Source of the DNA: Nitrospirota bacterium
GTDB lineage: Bacteria > Nitrospirota > Thermodesulfovibrionia > Thermodesulfovibrionales > Dissulfurispiraceae
Direction: 5' to 3'
NCBI GenBank assembly: GCA_963710375.1
Contig: CAVPZX010000004.1
Span: 224,001-288,000 of the forward strand
Length of the DNA stretch: 64,000 nucleotides
Shown here: piece by piece, positions 33,027-43,741 of the stretch
How positions within the stretch are numbered: the first letter of the stretch is position 1
How the letters are laid out: every line of letters starts with the position of its first letter
Notes under the pieces: model-generated
What the model was told of the DNA's origin: nothing
The model's database searches: none
Seen by the model: only the letters and a program-made list of their open reading frames with translations
Position numbers and translations under genes: made by a program

Positions 33027-34062
33027 GAGAGCTTTGTCTGTTGGAGTCAGCGGACTGCCGCCCGAGGACGTTGTCAATTTTTTTAAAAGGGGCGATGGCT
33101 TTTTTATAGTCAGCCATTTCAATCCCGATGGGGATACGCTGGGATCTGCCTGCGCACTTGGAATGGCACTTGAACAGCTAGGGAAGCATTGTGTCCTTGT
33201 ATGCAGGGATGCAGTACCCCAGCAATACGTCTTTTTGCCGGGTCAGGAAAGGTTCCTGACCTTCGAGGCTGTCAGTTCAGGGAGTATTGATTACACGCTC
33301 TATAAGAACCTTGTACTTGTGGATTGCAATCATATCAAGAGGACCGGTCTCGAAAAATCCACACTCTCCTCCATCGATTTTGCTGCATCGACCGTTATCG
33401 ACCACCATGAGACCGATAGGGGTTTCGGCGACATCAGATGGGTAGTGCCAGGGATAGCTGCCACAGGAATAATGGTGTATTATCTTATAAAGGCACTCGG
33501 GGTCACAATAACAGAACCGATGGCAGCCAATCTTTATGCAGCTCTTGTTGTCGATACAGGCAATTTCCGTTTCCCTAATACTTCCCCTGATGTTCTGCGT
33601 GTAGCTGCCGACCTCGCTGAAACAGGGGCTAGTCCTTATCTGATCCAGAAGGCGATAAACGAATCATGGAGCGAAGGCCGGTTCAGGTTGTTTGTCAAAG
33701 TTCTGTGTACGCTTTCCATAAATAACGACATCGCTATTACACACGTAACAAGAAAGATGTTTGAGGAAACAGCCACGACTCCCGATGACACTGAAAATTT
33801 TGCCTCCTTCGCCCTGACTATGAAAGATATTAAGGTTGCCGCATTTGTCCGGGAAGTGGACGACTATACTTGTAAAGTCAGTCTCAGGTCGGTAGATGAA
33901 GTTGATGTAGAGAAAGTCGCTGCTTCGTATGGCGGCGGCGGGCATAAAAACGCTGCAGGCTGTGTAGCTAAAGGGGAGTTGGAAACTGTGAAAGCGGAGT
34001 TGCTAACAAAACTAATCGTTACTGAGCCAACAATTTCTCGTACAACTCTTCAGGGGTTATAA
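33019..34062 (+). CDS. DHH/DHHA1 phosphoesterase (NrnA-like)
   Basis: H.NPDGD, IDHH, DTGNF, GGGGHKNAAG. Confidence 0.92.
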   Translation: MNERALSVGVSGLPPEDVVNFFKRGDGFFIVSHFNPDGDTLGSACALGMALEQLGKHCVLVCRDAVPQQYVFLPGQERFLTFEAVSSGSIDYTLYKNLVLVDCNHIKRTGLEKSTLSSIDFAASTVIDHHETDRGFGDIRWVVPGIAATGIMVYYLIKALGVTITEPMAANLYAALVVDTGNFRFPNTSPDVLRVAADLAETGASPYLIQKAINESWSEGRFRLFVKVLCTLSINNDIAITHVTRKMFEETATTPDDTENFASFALTMKDIKVAAFVREVDDYTCKVSLRSVDEVDVEKVAASYGGGGHKNAAGCVAKGELETVKAELLTKLIVTEPTISRTTLQGL

Positions 34063-35062
34063 TCGCCCCCCCTGGTCTTCCATAAAATAGTACCTCGGAC
34101 TTCCCGTTCACTGCGAGCCTGACATCCTCGACCATCTGCCCGGCATTCAGCTCGACAGTGATGAATCTTCTGTTACCCCCGGTCAGTGCCCGGATTGGCG
34201 CCTCAGGGAAAGGAAATAAGGTTATCGGTCTCAGAAGGCCGATTTTATGTCCCTCTTGCCGCAGCTTTCGTACAACAGACAATGCAATGCGTGCGGCTAT
34301 CCCGAACGCAACTACGATTAACTCGGCATCATCGGCAAAGAAGGTTTTGAACAGTGTTTCCTCACTCTTCATTTTATCGTATTTAGCCTGGAGCATATAA
34401 TTGCGCTGTTCCAGTTCACCTTCTCCCATAAAAAGGGATTTTATGACATTAGGCTGACGGCCGCTACAACCGGTCAGAGCCCATTTTTTTTCAGGGAGGT
34501 CGGGTCTCGTATAGGGGGTCGGCACAAAAGGCTCCATCATCTGTCCCAGGATGGCATCGCCAAGAATCATCACTGGGGTTCTGTATTCATCGGCCTTATC
34601 AAAGGACCGCATGGTGATGTCCCAAAGCTCTTGAAGATTATATGGGGCGTAAACCAAAACCTTATAGTCCCCATGTCCGCCGCCTTTTACAGCCTGGAAA
34701 TAATCGGCCTGGCTTGCCGAAATATTTCCCAGGCCGGGACCGCCCCTCTGCATATTGACGATTACGGCAGGCAGCTCAGCCCCGGCAAGAAATGAAATTC
34801 CCTCCTGTTTGAGACTTATACCAGGGCTGCTTGAAGATGTCATTGCCCGGGCGCCACAAGCAGATGCTCCGAAAACCATATTTATTGCCGCAATCTCGCT
34901 TTCCGCCTGGACAAATGTTCCTCCAACTTCAGGCAGTCGCCATGACATGTATTCAGGGATTTCATTCTGAGGCGTTATGGGATATCCTGCATAAAATCTG
35001 CATTCCGCCTGTACTGCGGCTTCAGCAATTGCCCCATTGCCTTTCATCAGGATGCGCTTCAT
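34019..35062 (-). CDS. 2-oxoacid:ferredoxin oxidoreductase alpha-type subunit (VorB-like)
   Basis: GYPITPQNE, QAESEIAA, SSSSPGISLKQE, RGGPGLG. Confidence 0.88.
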   Translation of the reverse strand: MKRILMKGNGAIAEAAVQAECRFYAGYPITPQNEIPEYMSWRLPEVGGTFVQAESEIAAINMVFGASACGARAMTSSSSPGISLKQEGISFLAGAELPAVIVNMQRGGPGLGNISASQADYFQAVKGGGHGDYKVLVYAPYNLQELWDITMRSFDKADEYRTPVMILGDAILGQMMEPFVPTPYTRPDLPEKKWALTGCSGRQPNVIKSLFMGEGELEQRNYMLQAKYDKMKSEETLFKTFFADDAELIVVAFGIAARIALSVVRKLRQEGHKIGLLRPITLFPFPEAPIRALTGGNRRFITVELNAGQMVEDVRLAVNGKSEVLFYGRPGGAIITPEELYEKLLAQ

Positions 35063-35070
35063 TCAGAAAA

Positions 35071-36210
35071 TTATAGCACTTCACCGTGCACCAATTCTAT
35101 TATCGTCACCTCAGGAGGGGCCAGAAAGCGTATTGGCGGTCCCCATGTGCCGCTGCCTCTGCTCACGTACAAGTGGGCCCTGCCAGGAAGTTTTTTATAC
35201 CCTGCATATACAGGGTAATAGATTTTCGTCAGGATGCTGAAGGGGAATATCTGCCCCTTATGCACATGCCCGGATATCTGGAGATCAAAGAGTCCATCGG
35301 AGCTTTTATCAACGAGAGGACGGTGTTTGAGCAACAAAATAAAGGAATTGCCGGTCAATGTCTGAAGCAGCGTTTTTTCAGAAATGGCCGTGGACAGTCC
35401 GAAAGCCTTTGCTGTTGGGTCATCCACTCCTGCAACCGTAATAGGCCCTGATGAGGCGCTTCCCCTGAGTATGGTGAAGCCGGCTTCCTGCGAAAAAATC
35501 AATGACTGTTCAATCCCGGCATAGAATTCATGGTTTCCTGTTACGGCAAACTTTCCGTATCTTGGATTAATTTCCCGAAGCATTGCGGCCAGACCGTTCC
35601 TCTTGCTGATCTGTCCGTCAACCAGATCACCTGTTGAAACTAGCATATCGGGACCTGCTTTTTTAACAACTGCCAGGATTCTGTTTAGACGTTCCTCTCT
35701 CACAATGAGCCCGAGATGCACGTCGGAAATCTGAACTATCCTGATCATGCCCAACTCGCTCGAAATTTTAGGAGTTGTGATGACTATCCTTTCAGTCCGA
35801 ATGTCTCTTGCTTGAAAGTAACCATATGCAGCTATAAAGAGCGATATAATCAGTGCGGTCATGAATAAATGGTAGCCCGAAACGGACATATGCGCATAGT
35901 TTCTTTTGGAGAAGAACCCTAAGGCATCAATCGCAAACCGGTAGCAATCGATAGGGGCCGCGGCTGAACAAAATAAGAACAGCACTCCCATCCATGTGTA
36001 TCCTGCAAATGCCGTGGGGCGTGCGATCGTATCGAATCCATATTTTTCCAAATTGTGGATTATAAACGGCATGAAAAGCATTACCAGCATAAAAAGCGCA
36101 AGCGCGATATTGGCGGCGGCCCCAAAAGCGAACGCGGCCCCGGCTTTCATAAAGGCATACCCATGCATACCTGCATAGAGCATGAAGAAAACAGTTAGGA
36201 ACAGGCTCAC
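35071..36210 (-). CDS. Membrane-anchored metallophosphoesterase (YkuE-like)
   Basis: SDVHLG, TGDLVD, GNHE, SGHVHKGQ; GTG start at 36210 after GGAGG (track extension runs into a repeat). Confidence 0.88.
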   Translation of the reverse strand: MSLFLTVFFMLYAGMHGYAFMKAGAAFAFGAAANIALALFMLVMLFMPFIIHNLEKYGFDTIARPTAFAGYTWMGVLFLFCSAAAPIDCYRFAIDALGFFSKRNYAHMSVSGYHLFMTALIISLFIAAYGYFQARDIRTERIVITTPKISSELGMIRIVQISDVHLGLIVREERLNRILAVVKKAGPDMLVSTGDLVDGQISKRNGLAAMLREINPRYGKFAVTGNHEFYAGIEQSLIFSQEAGFTILRGSASSGPITVAGVDDPTAKAFGLSTAISEKTLLQTLTGNSFILLLKHRPLVDKSSDGLFDLQISGHVHKGQIFPFSILTKIYYPVYAGYKKLPGRAHLYVSRGSGTWGPPIRFLAPPEVTIIELVHGEVL

Positions 36211-36223
36211 AGCAACCTCCGGT

Positions 36224-36382
36224 ACGGTCTCGTAAAAAATCCATATGCTGCGTTGCGCTGCATCCTTCGTCACTCGCACCCCAAAAGACTTTGGCTTTTG
36301 GGGACCCCGTGCGGCGTACCCATAAGTACGCCTCATTCCTCAGGATTTGCGCGCCTTGCCTATGGACTTTTTACGAAACCGT
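36224..36382. mobile_element. MITE-like repeat with 22-bp imperfect terminal inverted repeats
   Basis: ACGGTCTCGTAAAAAATCCATA ... TATGGACTTTTTACGAAACCGT (2 mismatches). Confidence 0.65.
36275..36313 (+). repeat. REP-like palindromic element, copy 4 (nested in MITE)
   Basis: CGCACCCCAAAAGACTTTGGCTTTTGGGGACCCCGTGCG. Confidence 0.7.
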
Positions 36383-36410
36383 CAATCTTCTTTCTGTGTT
36401 AAAATAACAC

Positions 36411-38180
36411 ATGTCGGTAATTACAGTCCTGCCCGTATCCCTTCGCAATAAAATCGCAGCCGGTGAAGTGGTTGAACGCCCTGCCTCAGTTGTGAAAGAA
36501 CTTATCGAAAATGCCATCGATGCCGAAAGCACTCGCATCTCGGTCGAGACAGTGCGCGCAGGTAAGAAGCTTATTCATGTTTCCGATAACGGGACAGGCA
36601 TGGACAGAGAGGATGCGGTCAGGGCGTTTGAACGCTATGCTACAAGCAAGATAAAAGAAGAGCAGGACCTTTTCAATCTCAAGACAATGGGGTTCCGCGG
36701 AGAGGCCCTTTCCTCCATAGCAGCTGTTTCAAAGATGACGCTGATGACAGCGGTGCGAAGCGGCGAATATGGTCCCGTTGCTCTTGGGACTTGTGTTGAG
36801 ATCGCCGGTGGAGAAATAGTATCGGTCAAAGATTGTGCTGCTGCGGGGACCAGTATCGAGGTAAGGGAGCTTTTTTTCAATACGCCTGCTCGCCGCAAAT
36901 TTCTTAAATCGGATGCTACTGAAAACTACCACATCATTGATACCTTCACCAGGGAGGCTTTGTCCCATCCCCATTTAATGTTTGTTTTGAGAATGGACGG
37001 CAGCGAAGTATTCAGTTTGCCTGCCGCATTTTCTCTGCGAGAGAGGCTTCTTCAGCTTTATGGCAAGGATTTTATTGACGGGCTTATTGAACACGGCCCA
37101 TCTCATGATGTGGATACGGGGATGACTATCAGTGTGTTTACGAGCGGGCTGGCGCATATGAAGAATAACAGGAATACCCAGTTTATCTTTGTGAACAGGC
37201 GGCCTGTCAAAGACCAGTCAGTCGCCTATGCTGTTTGTAAGGCCTATGAAGGCATGGTCCCAAAGGAAAAGAATCCCGCATTTTTTCTGTTCCTTGATAT
37301 CGATGCAGCCCAGGTGGATTTCAATGTGCATCCTGCCAAAAGAGAAGTACGCTTTGCGCAAAAGACCGGCATATTTGATTTTGTGTGCAATGCCGTTAAG
37401 GAAGGGTTAAAAAAAGATCCGGGATACTGTTTTAGCGATGTGGGTTTTAATGAGCCCGCTCCATCCCCGGTTTCCGGAGATTGGGGTCCTCGGGATTGGT
37501 ATCAGCAGAGTCCTGCCGGAGCAGCACTTCCTGTGGGCCTAATTTCCGAACAGACAGGGACCTTCTCTACGGGTCCGGCCCCGATTCTTTACTTCGGCGA
37601 TACGTTTGTTGCGGTCGCCGCATGCGGAGGACTTGTTTTGCTTGACTACCACGCAGCGCACGAAAGGGTCAACTACGAAAGATTTCTGAAAAGAAGGGAC
37701 CTCCAGGCTTTCCGCCTGCTTTTCCCCCTGCAGGTAAAATTGCAGCGAGGGGAATATGCTGTCCTTCTTGAGCACTTGAACCTGCTTAACGAGGTGGGGC
37801 TTGAGGCTGAGGATTTCGGCCACGATACAATTCTCATACGGAGCATTCCCGAGGTGCTCAGGGACGTCGATCTCGCCTCTCTTGTAAGTGATGTCGCCGC
37901 AGCTCTTCTCGAAATTCCCGGGATAAGCTCCTCAAAAAACATTTCGGGTTCTGCCGTGCATGCCGGGGAGTCCGGACCGGTTGAGTTAATAAGAAAGTCG
38001 ATTGCCGCCCGCCTGGCATGTCACAGTTCAATAAGGGGGAAGGAAATACCTGACGGCATCAGGGTGGCCGAATTATTGAAATCCCTTGATACAACCGACA
38101 ACCCTCACAGCTGCCCCCACGGCAGGCCGACGAGAATCGTCATCTCTCTTGACGAAGTAAGAAAGATGTTTAAGAAGTGA
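36411..38180 (+). CDS. mutL: DNA mismatch repair protein MutL
   Basis: IAAGEVVERPASVVKELIENA, GFRGEAL, D.HAAHER, CPHGRP. Confidence 0.96.
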   Translation: MSVITVLPVSLRNKIAAGEVVERPASVVKELIENAIDAESTRISVETVRAGKKLIHVSDNGTGMDREDAVRAFERYATSKIKEEQDLFNLKTMGFRGEALSSIAAVSKMTLMTAVRSGEYGPVALGTCVEIAGGEIVSVKDCAAAGTSIEVRELFFNTPARRKFLKSDATENYHIIDTFTREALSHPHLMFVLRMDGSEVFSLPAAFSLRERLLQLYGKDFIDGLIEHGPSHDVDTGMTISVFTSGLAHMKNNRNTQFIFVNRRPVKDQSVAYAVCKAYEGMVPKEKNPAFFLFLDIDAAQVDFNVHPAKREVRFAQKTGIFDFVCNAVKEGLKKDPGYCFSDVGFNEPAPSPVSGDWGPRDWYQQSPAGAALPVGLISEQTGTFSTGPAPILYFGDTFVAVAACGGLVLLDYHAAHERVNYERFLKRRDLQAFRLLFPLQVKLQRGEYAVLLEHLNLLNEVGLEAEDFGHDTILIRSIPEVLRDVDLASLVSDVAAALLEIPGISSSKNISGSAVHAGESGPVELIRKSIAARLACHSSIRGKEIPDGIRVAELLKSLDTTDNPHSCPHGRPTRIVISLDEVRKMFKK

Positions 38181-38264
38181 AAAAGCTCCGGACCCCGCCT
38201 TTCACCTATCTTCACTTATTTACTTATAAATTAATTTTATGGTAAACTTAATTCCTTAACCACT

Positions 38265-39170
38265 ATGGAAGACCACAAGTTAAAAGTTTTTTGCACCGTT
38301 GCCGAGACAAAAAGTTTTTCAAAGACGTCTCAAGTTATTCACCTGACCCAGCCTGCAGTGAGCCTGCTGATTCAAGCCCTTGAGGAACTATATGAAACAA
38401 AACTCTTTGACCGTTCAAGCGGTTCTATCAACCTTACTTCTTCGGGTGAAGTGCTGTACAATCATGCCAAGACTATCCTTGCGCATTACGCCGAACTGGA
38501 AAAGGACATAGGTAAAATAACCGGGCTTATAAAAGGAAGCCTAACGATCGGAGCAAGTACGACCATAGGCAACTACCTGCTTCCGAGCGTTATCTTCAAT
38601 TTCAAGAAAACTCATCCTAAGATCAAAATTAATATACTGATCGGAAATACAGACAGGGTGTTTGATCTGCTGAATTCAGGCGTCGTAGAATGTGGGCTTG
38701 TAGAAGGTGAAACGACCAGGAGTAAAATTAAAGTCGAAGCGTTGCTCACCGATGAACTTGTCTTCATACTGCCGGCGATGCACCCCCTGGCAAAGCAGAA
38801 GTCCATTTCAATCCTTGAACTCATGAAAGAGCCGTTTATAATCCGTGAGGAAGGTTCCGGGACTCGACAGGTAATTGAAAAGTATATGGGCTTACAAGGA
38901 ATAAAGGTTTCCGATCTGCATATTGTCCTAGTTTTTGGTGGGACCGAATCAATAAAGACAGCGGTTGAACGCGGGATGGGCATCTCAATTGTATCGCGAT
39001 GGGCTGTCCAGAAGGAACTACAATTTGGTACCCTGAAATACATTACCGCCAAAGAAGGACGGATACTGAGGGACTTCTCTCTTGTAGTGTCGAAAAATGC
39101 GGTATTCTCTCGCGCCGTCGATGAGTTCCTCTCCTACCTCAGGGTATACTCCTTCGAGATGCTCCTATAG
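38265..39170 (+). CDS. LysR family regulator (CysL/YeiE-like)
   Basis: SFSK...HLTQPAVS HTH, GASTTIGNY, REEGSGTR. Confidence 0.9.
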   Translation: MEDHKLKVFCTVAETKSFSKTSQVIHLTQPAVSLLIQALEELYETKLFDRSSGSINLTSSGEVLYNHAKTILAHYAELEKDIGKITGLIKGSLTIGASTTIGNYLLPSVIFNFKKTHPKIKINILIGNTDRVFDLLNSGVVECGLVEGETTRSKIKVEALLTDELVFILPAMHPLAKQKSISILELMKEPFIIREEGSGTRQVIEKYMGLQGIKVSDLHIVLVFGGTESIKTAVERGMGISIVSRWAVQKELQFGTLKYITAKEGRILRDFSLVVSKNAVFSRAVDEFLSYLRVYSFEMLL

Positions 39171-39321
39171 AATGCAGCAGGCTGGTCTTTCTCATTCACT
39201 CAATACTTAGCCAGGCAAGTACATTATTCCGGTTCTCCAGTTCGCGCAGCAATGACTTTTACTGCATTCTTACCTTACAATAAGGATAATACGGGTAAAG
39301 ATATGGTTAGAAACAATCTTT

Positions 39322-41206
39322 ATGTTATCTAAAAGCTATTTCCAAGAAATTGGAAAATACCTTATGAAAAAACCAAAAGGTATGACATATACTTTGGGGA
39401 CTAAGTCACATCTCAATATACCGGTAGTAGCAGCAGTATTAGTAGGCGTTGCCTTATCCGTGATTGCCTTTGCATCTAGTTATTACGCTGAAAAGAAAGT
39501 CATGCAGGCAGAATTCAATGAAGATGTGGAAAACCTTTATTCCGCATTGAAGAGAGAACTCGACAGTGATATCTCCGTGCTCGCATCGTTTCAAGCCCTC
39601 TATTATACATCTGGAAACCACGTAGAAAGGTCTGAATTCCGGAATTTTACAAACCATATTCTGAAGCAGCATGCAAGTATTCGAGACCTTGCGTGGATAC
39701 CACGTGTACCTGATACCCGTAGAGGGGCATATGAGCGGGCTGCAAGAAAAGAAGGCTTCCCTGATTTTCAATTCACCGAAAATATTGCACAGGGACAGAT
39801 GAAGAGGGCGGAGAAGCAAAAGGAATATTTCCCGGTCTATTTTATCGAACCCTATAAGGGCAACGAGATAGCCCTTGGTTTTAATCTTGGTTCCAATGCC
39901 TCACCACTGGAGGCTTTGGAAGTAGCCCGAAAGACAGGCGAGATAAGTGCCACAGAAAAAATAATCCTTGTCCAGGAGACCAAGAGTCAATTCGGTTTTT
40001 TCGTTTTTGCGCCGATCTACAAGGAAGGGGCGTTCGACAAATTCTGATAAGGCCCGATGGGATAATCTGGAAGGCTTTGTTTCATGCGTCTTTAGATTCA
40101 GCGACATTGCCGAGAAAGCAATCGGTTATATACAACCTGAAGGCGTCGATTTTTTTATATATGACGAATCGGCGCCTGAGAAAGAACGGTTTCTTTATAC
40201 ACATTCATCACTCTATAGTAAAACGCCTTTGCTTAACCAAAATCGGCCGGAAACGAACTTGATTAGCAAAAAGTTTCTCGATGTCGGGGGGCGTAAATGG
40301 ATGGTAATCTATTCGGCCACACCGGATTACATCGCAGAAATGAGCAGTTGGCATCCCTGGGGAATCCTTCTGGCGGGATTAGCGTTTACAGGACTAGTTG
40401 GTGGTTTCCTGTTTGTCAGTGGAAAACATAACGAACATGTTGAAAAGTTGGTAAAGAATTTATCGGACATCAATACAAATCTCAAGCATGAAATTGTGGC
40501 ACGCGAAAAATACGAGAAAGAGTTGAGCAACTCTCGCGAACAACTGCGCCACCTTGCCTCCTATCTGCAGACAGTCCGGGAAAAGGAGCGGACGGTGATT
40601 GCACGGGAAATACATGATGAACTGGGACAATCACTGACGGCATTGAAATTTGATTTGATGAACCTCACTAGAGATATTGACAGGCTCGAAGGGCGGGAGC
40701 GTTCCGCCATATGCGACAGGATGCAGTTAATATCAGGTTTTATTGACGAGCTTTCCGAAAAGGTACATAAAATTGCGATGGCACTCAGGCCGGGGATACT
40801 GGATCATCTCGGGTTAACGTCAGCCATAGAGTGGCAGTTGCTGGATTTTCAGAAAAGAACGGGGATTTCAGCTGAGTACTCTCATGCAGTCAAGACAGCC
40901 GTCAATAGAGAGATAGCAACTGCTATTTTCCGCATCTTACAGGAGGCTTTAACAAATATAATCAGGCATGCCAATGCCACAAGGGTCGAAGTGAGATTAA
41001 AAGAAGAAGCCGGAAACCTGATTTTAGTGATCGAGGATAATGGAGAAGGGTTTTCGGAAAATAATTTAAAGGATGAATATTCTCTTGGACTGCTTGGAAT
41101 GAAGGAACGTGCCTATTCATTGGGAGGAACTCTGGATATAACAACCACTATAGGAGCAGGCACTAAAGTTGTTGTTAGTGTTCCGAACAGAGAGGAGCAG
41201 CTGTGA
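39322..41206 (+). pseudogene. CHASE-domain HisKA_3 sensor kinase split by a frameshift near 40020-40040
   Basis: ORF1 TM+CHASE (YFPVYFIEP..GNE.ALGFNL) ends at 40047; ORF2 continues CHASE, TM, IAREIHDELGQ, QEALTN..RHA. Confidence 0.75.
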
Positions 41207-41832
41207 TCAAGGTGGCAATAGTAGATGACCATCGGATGGTCCTTGATGGCCTGAAACAGATACTATCACACGAGCCTGACATCGAAGTAGCCGGAGAGGC
41301 ATGCAATGCCGACGAAGGTATCAGGTGCTTATTGAAGCAGGATATAGACATCGCGATCCTGGATATTTCCCTTCCGGACAAAAGTGGTCTTGATATTCTG
41401 GATATAGTGAAGACCAAAAAACCTAAACTGCGAGTGCTTATCCTGAGCGCCTTTCCGGAGAAGCAATATGCTGTTCGAGCCTTAAAGTCCGGGGCATCCG
41501 GATATTTGACCAAGAACAGCGCTCCGCAGGAACTTGTGGACGCTATAAGAAGAATAAACAGCGGCGGAAAATATATTACCGCTTCCTTAGCTGAGAAACT
41601 CACCGACATTTTGACATCCGATGACAAAATGCCCCATGAGAGGCTATCCAACCGTGAATTCGAGATTATGCGTATGATAGCAGCTGGAAAGACAACAGGA
41701 GAGATCGCTGAAATTCTCTTCATAAGCCCCAGTACCGTAGGCACTTACAGATCCAGGATTATGGAGAAAATGGCTATGAAGACCAATGCCGACTTGACAC
41801 GATATGTTGTGGAAAACAGACTTAATAGTTAG
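41203..41832 (+). CDS. NarL/UvrY family response regulator
   Basis: IVDDH, LDISLP, LSNREFE LuxR HTH. Confidence 0.93.
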   Translation: MIKVAIVDDHRMVLDGLKQILSHEPDIEVAGEACNADEGIRCLLKQDIDIAILDISLPDKSGLDILDIVKTKKPKLRVLILSAFPEKQYAVRALKSGASGYLTKNSAPQELVDAIRRINSGGKYITASLAEKLTDILTSDDKMPHERLSNREFEIMRMIAAGKTTGEIAEILFISPSTVGTYRSRIMEKMAMKTNADLTRYVVENRLNS

Positions 41833-41897
41833 TCAGGCCTGCCTTACACTTCTTTTAAATTAGATTTAATCAGGTAAAACAAAACCCCCCGTAACCG

Positions 41898-41941
41898 TTT
41901 GTAGTTAAATCCACTACAAAGAAATCGTTAATTCAACTACA
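41898..41941. promoter_or_regulatory. Putative response-regulator operator
   Basis: TTTGTAGT-7nt-ACTACAAA inverted repeat plus extra ACTACA half-site. Confidence 0.45.
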
Positions 41942-42030
41942 TAAAATAGGGGGTTTTAACGATCTATTTGCTGGATGTTTATTCCGATAACAAATAAACA
42001 GGGATTGTGATATCAAAATAATCAAGGAGG

Positions 42031-42291
42031 ATGAAGATGGTTAGTAATGTAACAAGTTTAGTCCAACCCCACCCTGGCATTCAACCTAAACCGGCGGATG
42101 CCAAAGCAACACAATCGAAGTCGCAGCAAAACTCGAATGTCACTGTTCAGATTAGCAATGCTGCGAAGGCATTGTTGAAAGAAGCTACGGAGACCCCTGC
42201 GCAAACGGCCAAAGAAGCAAGTGCTGGTGATCAACAGGCTAAGAAACTGCTCGCAAAGGAGGCTGCTGCTGCGGAAGCGGCTGAGAAGTGA
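42031..42291 (+). CDS. Small Ala/Lys/Gln-rich hypothetical protein
   Basis: GGGAGG SD; 86 aa; followed by terminator. Confidence 0.7.
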   Translation: MKMVSNVTSLVQPHPGIQPKPADAKATQSKSQQNSNVTVQISNAAKALLKEATETPAQTAKEASAGDQQAKKLLAKEAAAAEAAEK

Positions 42292-42310
42292 GCATACGCA
42301 GTTGAGTGGA

Positions 42311-42343
42311 GCAGGGAGTTCTTAGTTCATCAGAACTCCCTGC
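42311..42343. terminator. 12-bp stem hairpin between convergent genes
   Basis: GCAGGGAGTTCT...AGAACTCCCTGC. Confidence 0.7.
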
Positions 42344-42442
42344 AAAATATGTCACCTTTCCTGTTTTTTTAACATAAAGGTGGAGGCGACGCCTGTGCTA
42401 TTCTTAGGGACCCGGTCTTTCATTGAGCATTGTGCAAGTTAT

Positions 42443-43699
42443 TTATTCGCGAGCCCTAAAGATATCGGCGCCGATCTTCCGCAGCTTTTCGACTATTTTT
42501 TCGTAACCTCTGTCGAGATGGTAAATTCTGCTGATAGTTGTCTCACCCTTGGCGCGGAGTGCTGCAACTACCAGAGATGCCGACGCCCTTAAATCGGTTG
42601 CCATTACCGGCGCTCCTTTCAGCTGCTCTACCCCTGTGACTGCGGCGGTGCCGCCCTCGATACGTATATCCGCACCCATTCTCTTCAGTTCCGCAACATG
42701 CATGTATCTGTTTTCGAAAATGGTCTCTTTGATAACGCTTGTCCCCTTTGCGACTGTCATCATTGCCATGAATTGTGCCTGCATGTCGGTGGGAAAACCG
42801 GGATAGGGCATTGTCTTCAGATCGGCGGCTACCGGCTGCTCTGGTCCTTTGACCCTGAGGCCTTTTTTTGTATCCTTAAATGTTATCCCCGCGTCTTTCA
42901 GCTTTATGATTACCGCATCCATATGATCAGACCTGCAATTTCTCAACAGGAGATCGCCTCCACAGATGCCGGCAATGGTCATAAACGTTCCTGCCTCAAT
43001 CCTGTCAGGAATTACTTCATGGCGCTTGGCCGGTCTTAATGCATCGACCCCCTCTATCTCGATTACGCTTTCGCCTGCCCCTTTTATCCTGGCGCCCATG
43101 GAGGTGAGACAATTGGCAAGGTCTATGACTTCCGGCTCCCGTGCTGCATTCTCAAGGATAGTGGTCCCCCTGGCAAGGGCGGCGGCCATCATCAAATTTT
43201 CCGTGCCTGTTACAGTAACCGTATCGAAATAAATGGATGCTCCTGATAGGCGGTTTGCTTTTGCAATGACATATCCCCCTTCAAGTTTAATTTTGGCCCC
43301 CATTTTCTCAAGGCCCATCAAATGGAGATTTATTGGCCTGGCGCCGATAGCGCAACCGCCGGGAAGAGAAACCCTCGCCTTTCCATATCTGGCAACCAGC
43401 GGGCCAAGGACCAGGACAGAGGCCCTCATTGTCTTCACCAGTTCATAAGGCGCCTCGAAATGGTTTATCGCAGCGCTATCTATAACCGCTGTACCGTCCC
43501 CATAGTCGAACCTGCAACCCATGGTGGACAGGAGCTTGCCCATTGTAGCGATATCCCTCAAATCCGGGATTCCGATAAATCTGTTTTCGCCTGAGGCCAA
43601 AACAGACGACGCAAGAATGGGCAGCGCGGCATTTTTTGCCCCGCTGATTACCACCTCTCCCTTAAGCGCTCCGCCGCCCCTGATGATTAATGTATCCAT
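42443..43699 (-). CDS. murA: UDP-N-acetylglucosamine 1-carboxyvinyltransferase
   Basis: [37 protein letters not shown]. Confidence 0.97.
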   Translation of the reverse strand: MDTLIIRGGGALKGEVVISGAKNAALPILASSVLASGENRFIGIPDLRDIATMGKLLSTMGCRFDYGDGTAVIDSAAINHFEAPYELVKTMRASVLVLGPLVARYGKARVSLPGGCAIGARPINLHLMGLEKMGAKIKLEGGYVIAKANRLSGASIYFDTVTVTGTENLMMAAALARGTTILENAAREPEVIDLANCLTSMGARIKGAGESVIEIEGVDALRPAKRHEVIPDRIEAGTFMTIAGICGGDLLLRNCRSDHMDAVIIKLKDAGITFKDTKKGLRVKGPEQPVAADLKTMPYPGFPTDMQAQFMAMMTVAKGTSVIKETIFENRYMHVAELKRMGADIRIEGGTAAVTGVEQLKGAPVMATDLRASASLVVAALRAKGETTISRIYHLDRGYEKIVEKLRKIGADIFRARE

Positions 43700-43741
43700 A
43701 AAAAACTATCATAACACAATAGGTCGGAGTTATAATCAAAC

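Noticed and set aside
36211..36336. N-terminal extension of the metallophosphoesterase in the ORF track
   Set aside because: Runs through the MITE/REP repeat; better GTG start with SD at 36210
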